From the NCBI RefSeq assembly GCF_018350175.1, contig NC_058368.1, positions 136,588,001-136,652,000 on the forward strand: a DNA stretch of 64,000 nt, given 5' to 3'. Every line of letters starts with the position of its first letter. The stretch's first letter is position 1. This document shows, one piece after another, positions 25,464-37,220 of the stretch. The DNA comes from Felis catus. Its lineage: Eukaryota. A model generated the notes under the pieces. The model worked only from the letters and a program-made list of their open reading frames with translations, ran no database searches and was not told the DNA's origin. The position numbers were made by a program, and so were the translations under genes.

Positions 25464-26819
25464 GAGCTAACAATTTTGAAGAGCTTATTATGTGTCAGGT
25501 ATTATGCTAAGCACTTTATATACATGTTTGTATCAGTATAGATGCTTCTAGCTTTACGTACCATAAAACTCTATTCCAATGCAGTCAAACTACAAGAAAA
25601 TGTATTAGATATACTACATGTCTTCAGAGAAGGAAAAAAATCAACAGCCTTCAGGACTGGTTTGTGCAGAGGCTCAACAATATCAGCCAAGTCCCAACAT
25701 GTCTCCGGTCTTTCTGTCCTACTGTTTGCAGATGCCATGAGAAGAATGTCATAGAGTCGGGTCTGCGTGCTTCCACATTTGCATCCACCAGGAGAGACCC
25801 AAGTTGGCTCAGACCTGCCATTCCTAGCGAGTCACTGTGGAGAAGATGGGTTCTATAAACTGTTTAGAGCCTTAAGGAGCTAGGGTGAGATGGATGCTGG
25901 GAAGAGGACACCATGCCCACCACGGAGAGGTTCTCATTATTCCTCACAATGTTTCTGTGAAGTAAATGCTATTACAATCTATGCTCTACAGATGAGAAAA
26001 CGAGAGGTTTACGTGGTTTTCCAGGTTACATGGCTGGTAAGCGGCATGCCCTCCACAACTATATTGCACTGACTTCCAGTACGGGTGGTGCATGATTAAC
26101 TGTAACTCATCAGTCTCCTGGGATTGGAACTGAGATATCAACCACATGGTCCTCCTACCACTTGAACCCTGAAGTGATGGTTGGCAGGTGGCCATCTCTA
26201 GGCATCTGTGCTTCCCTTCCTTCAGCTCCTGACTCCACTCTTCCTTTTCACTACACTAACGCCATCTTTTCTGCTCTGGAGGCTCCTCTCTTTGCAAGCT
26301 TGGCTGTGAGTGATAGATGGACTCACCACTTCCCTGGCTACCTGATGTCTTTGGAAAGTCAGCCCCTAAAGTGGTTTGCTATTATTGAGCGTTTTAAAAA
26401 CAATTTATAGGAATAAAGAGACTAAGAAGAGTAACAACAAGCTTGGGAAATTTACAAAGCCTCCAGAATCTAACAGTTCTCTTAGTCATTGAACAGGATC
26501 TCGTCCCAGCAAGGCCTGAGGGCCTGGACCAGAGGAAGGGTGGAATGCTTCCTGAAGCTTGTGTCTCCCAGTCCTGGGGGCACATCTCAGGGCTCTTCCC
26601 CAAGGCTGCCTCCTCAAGGGGACATCCTCAAAGCACACAAAGGATATCTTTGTTATCCTTCAAGGTACTACCTTGAAAATACTACCTCCTCTGTGGAAGT
26701 CCAGATTTCCTGGACGGGGTCACTGGTTCCCAGTGATGCCATGCACCAACATTCTGGAGCCCCAAGTCAGGCACAGGGGTCAGAGTCAGCCAGTGCTCTT
26801 CATAAGCCACATGGGAAAA

Positions 26820-26985
26820 CGAGGATGTGCCTATGAATGTGCAGACAAATCTTCTGCTCGATGGATCTTGTTAAAATGCTGATTCTGTTTCAGTAGGTCT
26901 GGGGCAGGGACTCCAGTTTCCTCATTCCTAATAAGTTCCAGAGGATACGGATGCCACTGGTGAAGGGTTCACACTGGAAAGCATG
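26820..26985. mobile_element. MER5A-like hAT-Charlie MITE
   Basis: ggatcttgttaaaatgctgattctgtttcagtaggtctggggcaggg. Confidence 0.75.
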
Positions 26986-29467
26986 AGCGTGTAGACAGTG
27001 CTAATGTTGGCAGTAGATCAGCCTTCCCATCGTGGACACCACTGTGTTGGGGGCTTAGGGCCAAGGAACTGGCATGTCCTCCTGGGAGCGTGATAAGTAA
27101 AAAGGCCATCCATTTCTGGCTCGACTTGATGTCTGGTTGTCATAGGCTGCCAGAAATGAGTAATTCCCAATCTTCTCAAAGCCCTGAGAAACCAATCCCA
27201 AAGGGTAGAAGCTACAGGAAGACAGATTTCCTTTCAATACGAAGGCTAGCTCTCACAACACAGAGCTTCTTGGACCTGGGTGCAGCCAAGCAGAGTCAAA
27301 AAGAGGCTTCTTGAGGGTGTAGGGGAGGGAAGACTGGGGCAGAGGGAATTGTGCTGGCTGCTATTAAGGTTTCCCTTCAGCCCTGAGATTGTATAAACCA
27401 TAATTCAAGGACAGAAGACAGTGACACGTCAGAAGTTTCTTCCCTTCTCATCAACTTCCCATTCAGACAGATTTTTCAAAGTGATTTGTGTCTGAGACCC
27501 AGCTTATCATTCTGGCCCTGTTTGTTTTGCATTTATATTACTCTCCCCAAATAAAGCCTGCCTCCTTCTCTCCAGGGTCACAATGGGTTAATATCATCAA
27601 TACAACTGCAGAAGAGAGAGTGCAGGTTTAATGTGAGAAGAAAAATATTGACAGGTTTGTACAAGAGACATAATTAACTCCATGCTCTGGTGATCTGCCA
27701 ACCACATACTTCTCTCCTTGTAAACTTCTTGCTCTTCCGCAAGTCTTAAAAATCCTACTTTACCCTATAAAGGCTAAAAAATATACATGACTTGGCTCTG
27801 AAAATAACCTAATCTTAGGCAATTTAAATCTGGTGTTGTTGTTAAATGATTACCCAATACAGATGCTGCAGGCAAGAAACCACTCTATACTGACGCCAGT
27901 CCCCAAGACATCCATCCTTTCCTGTGACAGTCCAGCTTTCTCGAATGCTTTTTGTCTCAGCAAAGGTCAAATATTAAAAGTCACAGAGCTCAGAAACACA
28001 AATGAATATTATCTAAGCCACAGCAACAGAGGCAGGAGGGGACTCTGTAAGAAAAGCAATGCAAATAGCACACTGCAAGTACAAGCATGAAAGAAATGGC
28101 AGAATTTGTAATCAGGAGCAAGTTCTAAAGCCTGTCTGCCCCTTTTGGATGCTTCACAGTATTTTTAATACACCAGTGACAGAAGAGCTTGGTTAGGAGG
28201 GACATCTTTCATCTCTGATCCTCTCCCTGACAACGAAAATAGGGTGAGCACATTTGCATAACAGAAGAAAGGGACAGATTGCCAGTCCAGAAGGACCCGC
28301 AGGACAACTGTCAGAAATATTAAAAAGCAGGATAATCTCACAAAATGTGAAATGTTTTATGTACCAGTCTGGGATAGTTTATAGAAAGGCTACAATGGGC
28401 AATAAAATGTGAGCCATGTCCCATCTACAAACCCTCATTTTGTGAATGACTTCAGGATCCCGGAAAAGCCCTCTCCGCCTACCCTTTGTCCCTCCTTGAC
28501 AATACCTTTCAGCTGCAAGCTCCTCTGATGTAGCACAGGGAATCATGCAGTCACTGGAGCTCAGGAGCAACTGTCTCAGCTCCTCGCCACCCCCACCTGA
28601 GCCAGACTACGTTCCCAGACCCCCTTCACCTGCCTCCTGGTCCTCACCCACCCCAACAAACCCCACCACCAGTGGGAGCATCCTTTCCTCTCCCAGAGCT
28701 CAGGGACATGTGATCCTGTTCTCAAGTCACACTCAGACCATACAAAAACATCTTTCTCAGTGGACAGAACTGCAACAGTGCACTTGAAACAGTACCCCAA
28801 TTCAGGCCCACTGTGAGTTAGGAAGATATTCATGGCTGCCTGTGTATTACATTGTTTCTTGAACAATGCAATCCAGGTAAACAAACCAATCTGGGAACAT
28901 GTCTCTATGGGTTGGTTTCACCACAGAAAGATAAAATCTTGTCTCTCCCAAAGACTGTATGAGCTGAAGGAAAGAGAGCAGGGAGATGGTGGGGCAATGG
29001 GATTATTTGGGCATGGGCAAGAGGAAACACATGCTTTAACGTTTCGTTGTGTTGTATTGGCTGGGGTCCATGGCTCTGGCCGCTGAGCAGAAAGATAATG
29101 GGTTTGGGATTAAATTTCCTGTGCCCACCCTCAGAGAATGGATCATCTGCTACCCCCCAAAGATTTCTTGGGTTATAGAGACAAAGAATTAGAAACTGGC
29201 AGGACTTGGGGGGTGGAGGTAGGTGTGTAGGAGACATGACCTTTACCCCCAAGTAAATGGCAAAATAGATCATTCCCCTGCCCACTTCAGCAGCTCTAGA
29301 TAGGCAGTCAGGAGGAGGAGGTGAAGCCTAAAGAGCCCAAGCCTGTGAGGTGGGAGCTGCCCAGAAGTGAGTGCGTGTGACTCAGGGTGGAATTTTCCTG
29401 CCAGACAATGAAAATAGGTTGAGGTTTTTGTTGTTATGGTCACTCATATTGATCTTCTATTGTTAGA

Positions 29468-29498
29468 TCTCTCTCTCTCTCTCCTTCACTTCCTCTTT

Positions 29499-29541
<43 letters not shown>
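29468..29541. repeat. (CT)n...(CA)n compound microsatellite
   Basis: Short CT run followed by about 19 CA units at ~29504-29541. Confidence 0.9.
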
Positions 29542-29543
<2 letters not shown>

Positions 29544-30315
29544 ATAATATTTTACACATTAGACTAAGTCTCCCAAAATAGAGCTGCCAACCATGACTCT
29601 TAACTGAAAGAAGTGAATGGTAACCTTCATTCTGCCATTTCTCTATGGCAGTTCTCTAACTTCAGGGAGCATAAAAATCACCTGTGAAGCTTGACAGAGT
29701 TGTGAATCCTCCTCAGAGATCCTGACTCAAAGGGTCTAAAACCATACTTACTAATCACAGTATTCAGCATTACACTCCATATAAAACAGAGAAGACTATA
29801 TATGCAAGGTCTCTCTACACAATAAAACGTATTCAGAAACATGCAGCTCCAGCATGCACCCACTGTCAAGAGATGCCCAGATGCCACCTGGCCATCAGGG
29901 GTTACTCAAAGGAAGTCATCGGGTCAATATGAAGTGATATTTCACCTTGGAGGTCATCTTATTGGACCTAAGGGATCAGCACTGTGGAGCTTAATTACAT
30001 GCTTCTGCAGGAGGTCGGGGGGAGTCTCAGGCTTGTCTGGAGCAGCGTCCTCTCAAGGCAGCTGCAAGTGAGGGTCTGGTTACTGGCTGGTTACTGGCTG
30101 CGGATGGGCCAACCTCAGGGTGTCTACATGAGGAAATGGCTCATTTTTGTCAAAGAAAGCAGTACGTGGGGCTCTACACAACAAATACTTTGGAAATTTG
30201 TGGCCCTTTTTAACTGTTAGGTATTTCAAATTGGTTTTCCATTCTCAGAAGAATGAGCCCAGAGGGAACTTTTGATTCAAATGTAATCATTGGTCTCTTG
30301 AATATTTTCTAGAAC

Positions 30316-30866
30316 AGTGCTGTCCAATTGAAGTATAAAATCTGATGTGAAGCTACATATGTAATTCAAAATTTCACATTGGCCATGTTAAGTAAAAAAA
30401 AAAATCATTTTATTTTTTTTAAATTTTTTTTCAACGTTTATATTTATTTTTGGGACAGAGAGAGACAGAGCATGAACGGGGGAGGGGCAGAGAGAGAGGG
30501 AGACACAGAATCAGAAACAGGCTCCAGGCTCTGAGCCATCAGCCCAGAGCCCGACGCGGGGCTCAAACTCACGGACCACGAGATCGTGACCTGGCTGAAG
30601 TCGGACGCTTAACCGACTGCGCCACCCAGGCGCCCCCCAAAAAAATCATTTTAATATATTTTATTTAACCCATTATATCTAAAATATCATTTCAACATGT
30701 AATCAATATTTAAAATAATTACTCAGGTAATACTTTACTTTTTTTTGGTACTACATCTTCAAAATATTGGTATATTTTACATTTAAGACACATTCCAATT
30801 CAGACTAGTCATATTAAGTGTTCAGTAACCACAGGTGGCTGGTGGCTATGGCACTGAACAGCAGTG
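30316..30866. mobile_element. MER33-like hAT-Charlie element interrupted by a SINE
   Basis: Termini cagtgctgtccaat ... cactgaacagcagtg. Internal tatttaacccattatatctaaaatatcatttcaacatgtaatcaata. Confidence 0.8.
30413..30638 (-). mobile_element. Young full-length SINEC_Fc SINE
   Basis: TSD aaaaaaatcatttta at 30398-30412 and 30639-30653. CpGs are largely intact. Confidence 0.96.
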
Positions 30867-30959
30867 ATGCAGGGGACAGAGAGTAGGCTGAGATCATATC
30901 TTCTCAGCACCAATGAGAAGCAGGTGTGGAAGAAGAAAAATAAAGATGTGTTGATACAG

Positions 30960-31745
30960 GCCCATACCCAATCCATGAGGAAATTCTATTGGCTCTTCCT
31001 TCAAAATATAACCAGAGACCTATTTCTTCTTAGCACTTCTGCTGCTACCATCCAAGCCACCACTGTCTCTCCTGGATCACTTTTTACTTCTCTCCCTGTT
31101 TCCATCCTTGCCCCCTATAGTATAACCCCAAAATGGGAGCCAGATTAATCCTGTTAAAGCATTAAGTCAGATTATGTAACTGCTCTCCTCAAACTCTTCA
31201 TAGCCTGTTCATTTCACTTAGAGTAGAAGCCAAAGTTCTTACAATGAATCACCAGACCCTACATGGTCTGCCTCTCCCTCCCCCAGTTACTGCTTCTTCT
31301 ATTTACTCTCTGTTTTCTCTGTTCCATCTCCACAGGCCTCTTTGCTGTCCATCAAAGGGCCCCTTACCCTCCCATCTTCGGAGCATATGGCTTGTTCTTT
31401 CTGCTGGAAAGTTTCTCCCCCAGGTACAAGACATCGGCAAGGCTCTCTCCTTCACCTCCAAGTTTTTGATGAAATAACACTTCTCTTTGAGATGTGCCCT
31501 ATGTAATATTGCAAACTGCCTCCCTTCCTCAGTCTTGCTCCACATGGTGAGTCTTGTTTACCCTGTTCCACTATACAATATACAAGTGTGTTTATCATTT
31601 ATTATCTGCCACTGCACCCCCATATACACTGCATACAGGCAGGAATCTTCATCTGTTTTGCTTACTGTTGTATCTGGAATGCCCAGAATACTGCCTGGTA
31701 CACAGGTGTTCCGTAAGTATTTGATGAACAAATGAATGAATGACT
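30960..31745 (+). mobile_element. L2 (L2a-like) 3' portion
   Basis: ctcttccttcaaaatata, cacttagagtagaagccaaagttcttacaatg and the terminus gcctggtacacagg...tgaacaaatgaatgaatga. Confidence 0.8.
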
Positions 31746-32419
31746 CAAGGTGGGGGCATCCTGTACTTCCTTCCCTGTAGCTCAGCCCTGTGTCAATGAA
31801 GAGGACTCTGTTCCACCCTCCCCAGCAATCTTCCTTATCTCACCAAATTGCAAAGGTGTGAGAAAGAATATCCAGGATTAATCGTTCTCATTAAACCAAT
31901 TCTTCCTCTGAAGCAATGATTCTTTACTGGTTTTTTCTGTCTTTTAATTGCAGACTCCCTTGAGAAATTGATGGCAGCTATGAACGTTCTCTCCCTAATA
32001 TCCATGAACACACGATTTGGAGTTCATAGGCCTCCGATGCCCATCAGTTAGAGGCCAGGGATCTCACTTGAGAATTCCTGCACCAGAGGTTCACCCACAT
32101 GCGGTTTTCCTATATTTCTTTGAAATCAAATCTTCCTGCTCTTCCAAAACTAGCAACCGTGTCCAGGAAGAAATTACAGAGCTCAATAGCCAAACTTGAA
32201 TGGTGATACAGTTCATCTTCTCATGTCCAGACAACACTGAACTGTCTATTCATCCTAGGAAAACTCCACTTCCTGCGGTAGGCAGGTCAATATCTCACAT
32301 AACAAAACTTTCTAAAACCTCAGCTAAATCGGTACTGTTTTAAGATTAACCTGCCCTCTTGGTCAGACCTCCTGGGAAAACAAAAAAAAAACCCAATGCT
32401 TGTCTTAAAAAATGTATTA

Positions 32420-32698
32420 AGAGAAGAGAAGAGAAGAGAAGAGAAGAGAAGAGAAGAGAAGAGAAGAGAAGAGAGAAGAGGAGAAGCCATAAGAGACTCA
32501 GCTATAGAGAACACACTCAGAGTTGCTGGAGGGGAGGTGGGTAGGAGGATGGGTTCAATGGGTGACGAGCATTAAGGAGGACACTTGGGACGAGCACTGG
32601 GTGTTATATGGAAGTGATGAGTCACTAAATTATACTCCTGAAACCAATATTACTCTGTATATTAACTAATTAGAATTTTTTTAAAAAATTGAAAAAGA
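32420..32698 (+). mobile_element. Short carnivore L1 3' end whose 5' part is a (GAGAA)n array
   Basis: 3'UTR ...gagcactgggtgttatatggaagtgatgagtcactaaat... TSD aaaaaatgtatta at 32407-32419 and 32699-32711. Confidence 0.88.
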
Positions 32699-34579
32699 AA
32701 AAAATGTATTAGGATGCTACTGTTCCCATTCCCGACTCTCTTTAGGCAAAATAAACAGATCCTTTGGCCTCTTATCCAAGCCAGTACTTGGATAAGTACT
32801 TTTGCTCGGGAAATGCTTTTGCTCGGGAAGGCCAGAGCCCAAGTCAGAGCCAGCTCAGGGATGTCCAAAGAGCCAGAGAAGTAAAGGCTGAAGGAAAAAG
32901 GGAGACCCTCGGCTCCCCTCAGACCTCCAGGGGAGAGAGTCACACTTTCCAGGCAACCCTTCTCCTTTGCCTAAAAATGTAGCATGTGATGACTGAGAAA
33001 GACAAAAAGCAGAGGTTCTTTATACTCTCTTCCCAAAAGTGGCTGCCAGATTCACAGGGCTGGTTCCAATCTTATTTGGGGGACAATTAATGTGTTTTTA
33101 CCTCAGTGAATCAGATAGTAATCTTCAAACAGGCCTTTGGTCGATGGAATGAGATAAAAGGTAAGTTTGCATTATCTGAATTTCAGCTTTTCATGGACAA
33201 TAGCCTGAAAGCTTTAAAAATGCTTTACAAAATAAATTTACAGACCTCCTTTTCTGAAGCATGACTCAGAGAATAGTAAAACTCTCTGGGCCAGAACTGA
33301 AAATGCCTCAGAATTCTTGAAATCAAATCAAAGTATAACAATCTGTGTCTTCCCAAAGCACATTCTATTCATTGGGCAATAAAAAGCAAGCTTGAATAAA
33401 GCACAAAGTTTATATCAGAACCTGATCAGAAGGTCTGGAATGAAATCGTTCCATCAATATTTTTTTGTGGGGATTACAGTTTATTTACAAGAAGTTGCCA
33501 AGAGGCCTTGATAGATTGTGAGATTTCCTAAGGGACCAGAACTGCACAATCAATGATACTGAGGAAAAACACTGTAAATTCTCTAAAGAACTTGGTCAGT
33601 GAATGGAAAGATCATTGTTCATATCTGTCTTTCTTTTGCCACCTGAAGCTAACTGGAGGTTCATGGGAGGGTGGGGTTTCAGAAAACTTCAGATATTATT
33701 AGCCAGCTGCACAGTCGCTCGTGTTGGGCCACAGTATATGCACATACTACCTTCACAAACACCTCAAGGAGAGGTTTCTTGAGGCTTATTCATTCCTTCA
33801 ATTAACAATACACTACGGATGGGACATTGACTAGCTCTCAAAGACCCGATTCTACTAAAAGGGCAGCTGTGGTTGAATATGGTTCATAATTTTCTGGACC
33901 CAAAACTGTTGAGGAATGATGTTACTTAAAGCATAAAGAAGTCAAATAATCTTTTCAAGAGGTTTAATGGTTCAGCCAAGCAAAAAATTGTCAAATACTC
34001 TAGGCTCCCTTGTTATCTGACTTTAATTTCTCATGGCAAGAAGTTATTGAGCAATTATAATTGGCTACAGTTTGGTGTAATGATAATTTTTTGTTTTTGT
34101 ATTGTTCATACTAATTGCTTTTATTCTACAATGGGATGAAGGAAAAACTATGAAAGACTTAAGAAAATATTATAACTTAATAATTTATAAAGATTTTTAG
34201 ATGGGGATTTTCTGACTCCTGTGGCACAAGGATTAATAATTTCGGTATTCCTTTAAATTACTTTCTAAGACCTCTAACGAACCGCAACTACCAAAAAAAG
34301 TATGGCACATTCTGAGATCTCTGAATTTTGGACTGAATGATGAAAGTCAACTCAGACTGACGCAGAAAAATCTGCAAATATATGTGACATTCAAAAGTCA
34401 CTTTTAATGCACTCGTTCATGCAGGGATGAAGCTGTGTGGAGAGATTCAAATCACTATATGGATCATATCATTAAAAAGTCACTGGGGGAGGGCTTTTAA
34501 GAGACACACAGACTGTACATGTCCTTGTACAGGTGCTACACTTGGCCTCTAGTGAATGCTCAGAATCCAGACTGGAGAT

Positions 34580-35097
34580 TTTTCTGGACAAAAAAACTTT
34601 TTCTGTACCCTCTTAGGTTCAGTGTTTAGAGGTCTGTGAATTAAACTAATAAAAGGCAGGTTAACAACAAAAAAAAGGCGTACAGTTTTCATAGTCTTTT
34701 ATGTGCATGGGGAGGTCACAGAGAAGTGGCCAGACTTGTCCATTTTAACAAAAGAAAGGGGATTCAGGCTTCAAGGGACAGCAGTTTGTGAGGAAGCAAG
34801 TAGGAAAGATTTGGGGGGATTAATGGAAGATAAGGGCTATTTTAGTAACATTTGTTAATGCAAACTTGTTTTTGGTGTTGACTCTTTGTCTCCAGTGATG
34901 AGTGCTCTCTTCTTCTTGGTATGGCAGTGAGAGTGGATGAGGCAACACCTACACAAAGGGAAATTTATGCCCTGCTTTCAGGCAGAAAAGAAGGTAGAGA
35001 CTCTTCCTGCACCTGCTGATTCTTAATTGCTTTCAATTAGAAATAACCCTTATGTCAAAGTGGCATATTTGTTGGTGGCATACCCATATTTCCTTCA
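34580..35097 (-). mobile_element. MER34-like ERV1 solo LTR
   Basis: The minus strand starts TGAAGGAAATATGGGTATGCCACCAACAAATATGCCACTTTGACATAAGG and ends ...CCTAAGAGGGTACAGAAAAAG. Confidence 0.7.
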
Positions 35098-35360
35098 AAA
35101 TCATCCTCCAAGCTGCAATAGGGGAAGGCCAAATCCTTCGTGTAAACTATCTTTTGCTTATGGGTGGAGGGCTAAAAAATTTTTTTCCACAAACAGGGAG
35201 CAAGATTAGGTAGAAAAATTAGAATTTATTCTCTCCCTTGGCAGTACTCACAAAAGTCTCTACTTCCAGAGACACTGGAAAAGAGAAACTGTTAATAACC
35301 AACCTCATTGCTTGAATGAGCTAACTGAGGAAATAAGGGCTTTGGGGGCACCACAACCTT

Positions 35361-35570
35361 TTTTTTTTCTTTTTTTAAGTTTACTTATCTATTTTGAGAG
35401 AAGAGAGAGTGCATGAGCATGAGTGGGGAAAGGGGCAGAGAGACAGAATCCCAGGCAAGCTCCACACTCGACTCAGAGCCCAACTCTGGGCTGGATCACA
35501 CGAACTTGAGATCATGACCTGAGCTAAAATCAAGAGTTGGACATTTAGCTGGCTGAGCCACGCCACCTCA
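35361..35570 (-). mobile_element. Older Can-SINE
   Basis: Diverged body. TSD caccaca(a/c)cctt at 35349-35360 and 35571-35582. Confidence 0.88.
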
Positions 35571-36744
35571 CACCACACCCTTCTTGATGGGAGGGACTAG
35601 GCTCTGGAGAATTACTGGGAAACTCACCTCCAAGAATATTCCCACTGAATACTGGAGATGGAAATCTGTAGAAAGCTAGGAAATCCGCCTCCTAGAATAT
35701 ACCCACTGACTACTGGACCTGGGATGAGATCAGGCTTGGGGCTTGTGTGCAGGCTTTTCCTCAACTTTTCGAGCCCTATTAATGTGTATAACCTCCTCCT
35801 TTTACACGTAGATAGGAACCCGGAAGAATGATCTTTGAGGCTATAGGTGAAGGGATTGTTTGGTTTAGAGAACTTTAAGGATCTTAAGAAAAAAGGTCAG
35901 TAATTATGCTCATTCTGAGGAACTTTAATGCTTTTTGTGTATGCATACATGTACCTGCCAAGGCTAGAGATAAAAAAAAAAAATCAGTCTTTCCTTTAGC
36001 TATTAGAGTCCAATTTCCTGAAGCATCAAGGACATGAAGTTTACCTATTGGACATCATGAACTAGGTCTTCATTAGAATAAATGGAAATCTTACTTTGTA
36101 GGAAATACAAGGTGTGATTATATGCTGTATATTCTGAGATCTGAATACAAGGGGAATTTTTAGACCATTTTAATAGAAACATTACTCAGTTTTAAACCTA
36201 TTTCAAGCTTAAATGAACTATTTTTCTTTCCCTTCTAAAGTAGAATTGAATCTTCTACTCCCAACCATCAGTGTTGGGATAATCCAAGCTATTTAGTTAG
36301 CTCAAGGTCTGTTAGAGAAGATGTGGCTGGTTTTATGTACTGGCTGTCCCTATCTGGAATCTGATTTTTTGCATCTAAAAATATTATGTCTCCATGTCCT
36401 GAAAATTGACCTTTATACTATGCCTCATGAGACTGGGGTCAAGGGAGTTGGTTGGGGATTGCAGGACAGAATGAAAGGAAGTTGATTAGAACATTCTGAG
36501 AGTTGAGATGTGGCTTGAAATATGATATTTTTAAATAGGTATGTTGGTGGATTCTACAAAGACTTGTGGAGAATAGCAAGTAGTGTGGTACTGGATGCTG
36601 TTGCCAAAGAACGGGCGGGGGCAGACATGAAGGAAAATAGGTTCAAATAGTGGCTCTCAGATGGAAGAATCTGGACCTTCCTGACACTTTTTTAGTCTGT
36701 TGGAGAGAAGAGATAGGATGAGATTTGAGACAAACCCTTAAAAA

Positions 36745-37220
36745 GATTGTCCTACATGAATGTTCATAGCACTATTATTCACAACAGGCAAAAAAGTAGA
36801 AACAGACTAAATGTCCATCAACCAATGAACAGACAAACAAATGCGGTGTACCCACACAATGGAATAATATTTGGCAATAAAAAGGAATGAAGTACTGGCA
36901 CATGATACAACATGGGTGAACTTCAAAAATTTTATGAAAGAAGTCAGAGCAAAAGAACACAGACTGTATGACTGCATTTATATGTCAAGAAGAGGCAAAC
37001 TCACAGAGACAGAAAGGAGATTGGAAGTTGCCTAGGGCTGGGGTGAGAATGGGGAGTGAAAGTAAAATGGACACAAGATTTCTTTTGAGCGTGAAGGAAA
37101 TGACATGAAATTCGACTATGGTGATGGGTGCAAACTCTGCAACCTTACTGAAAATCATTGAAGATTTAATTTGTGTGATTTTATGGAATGAAACTTATGC
37201 CTCAATAAAGTTATTTTAAA
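36745..37220 (+). mobile_element. L1MB-like 3'UTR fragment
   Basis: atgttcatagcactattattcacaacagg...aaaaggaatgaagtactggcacatg...ctcaataaagttattttaaaa. Confidence 0.8.
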
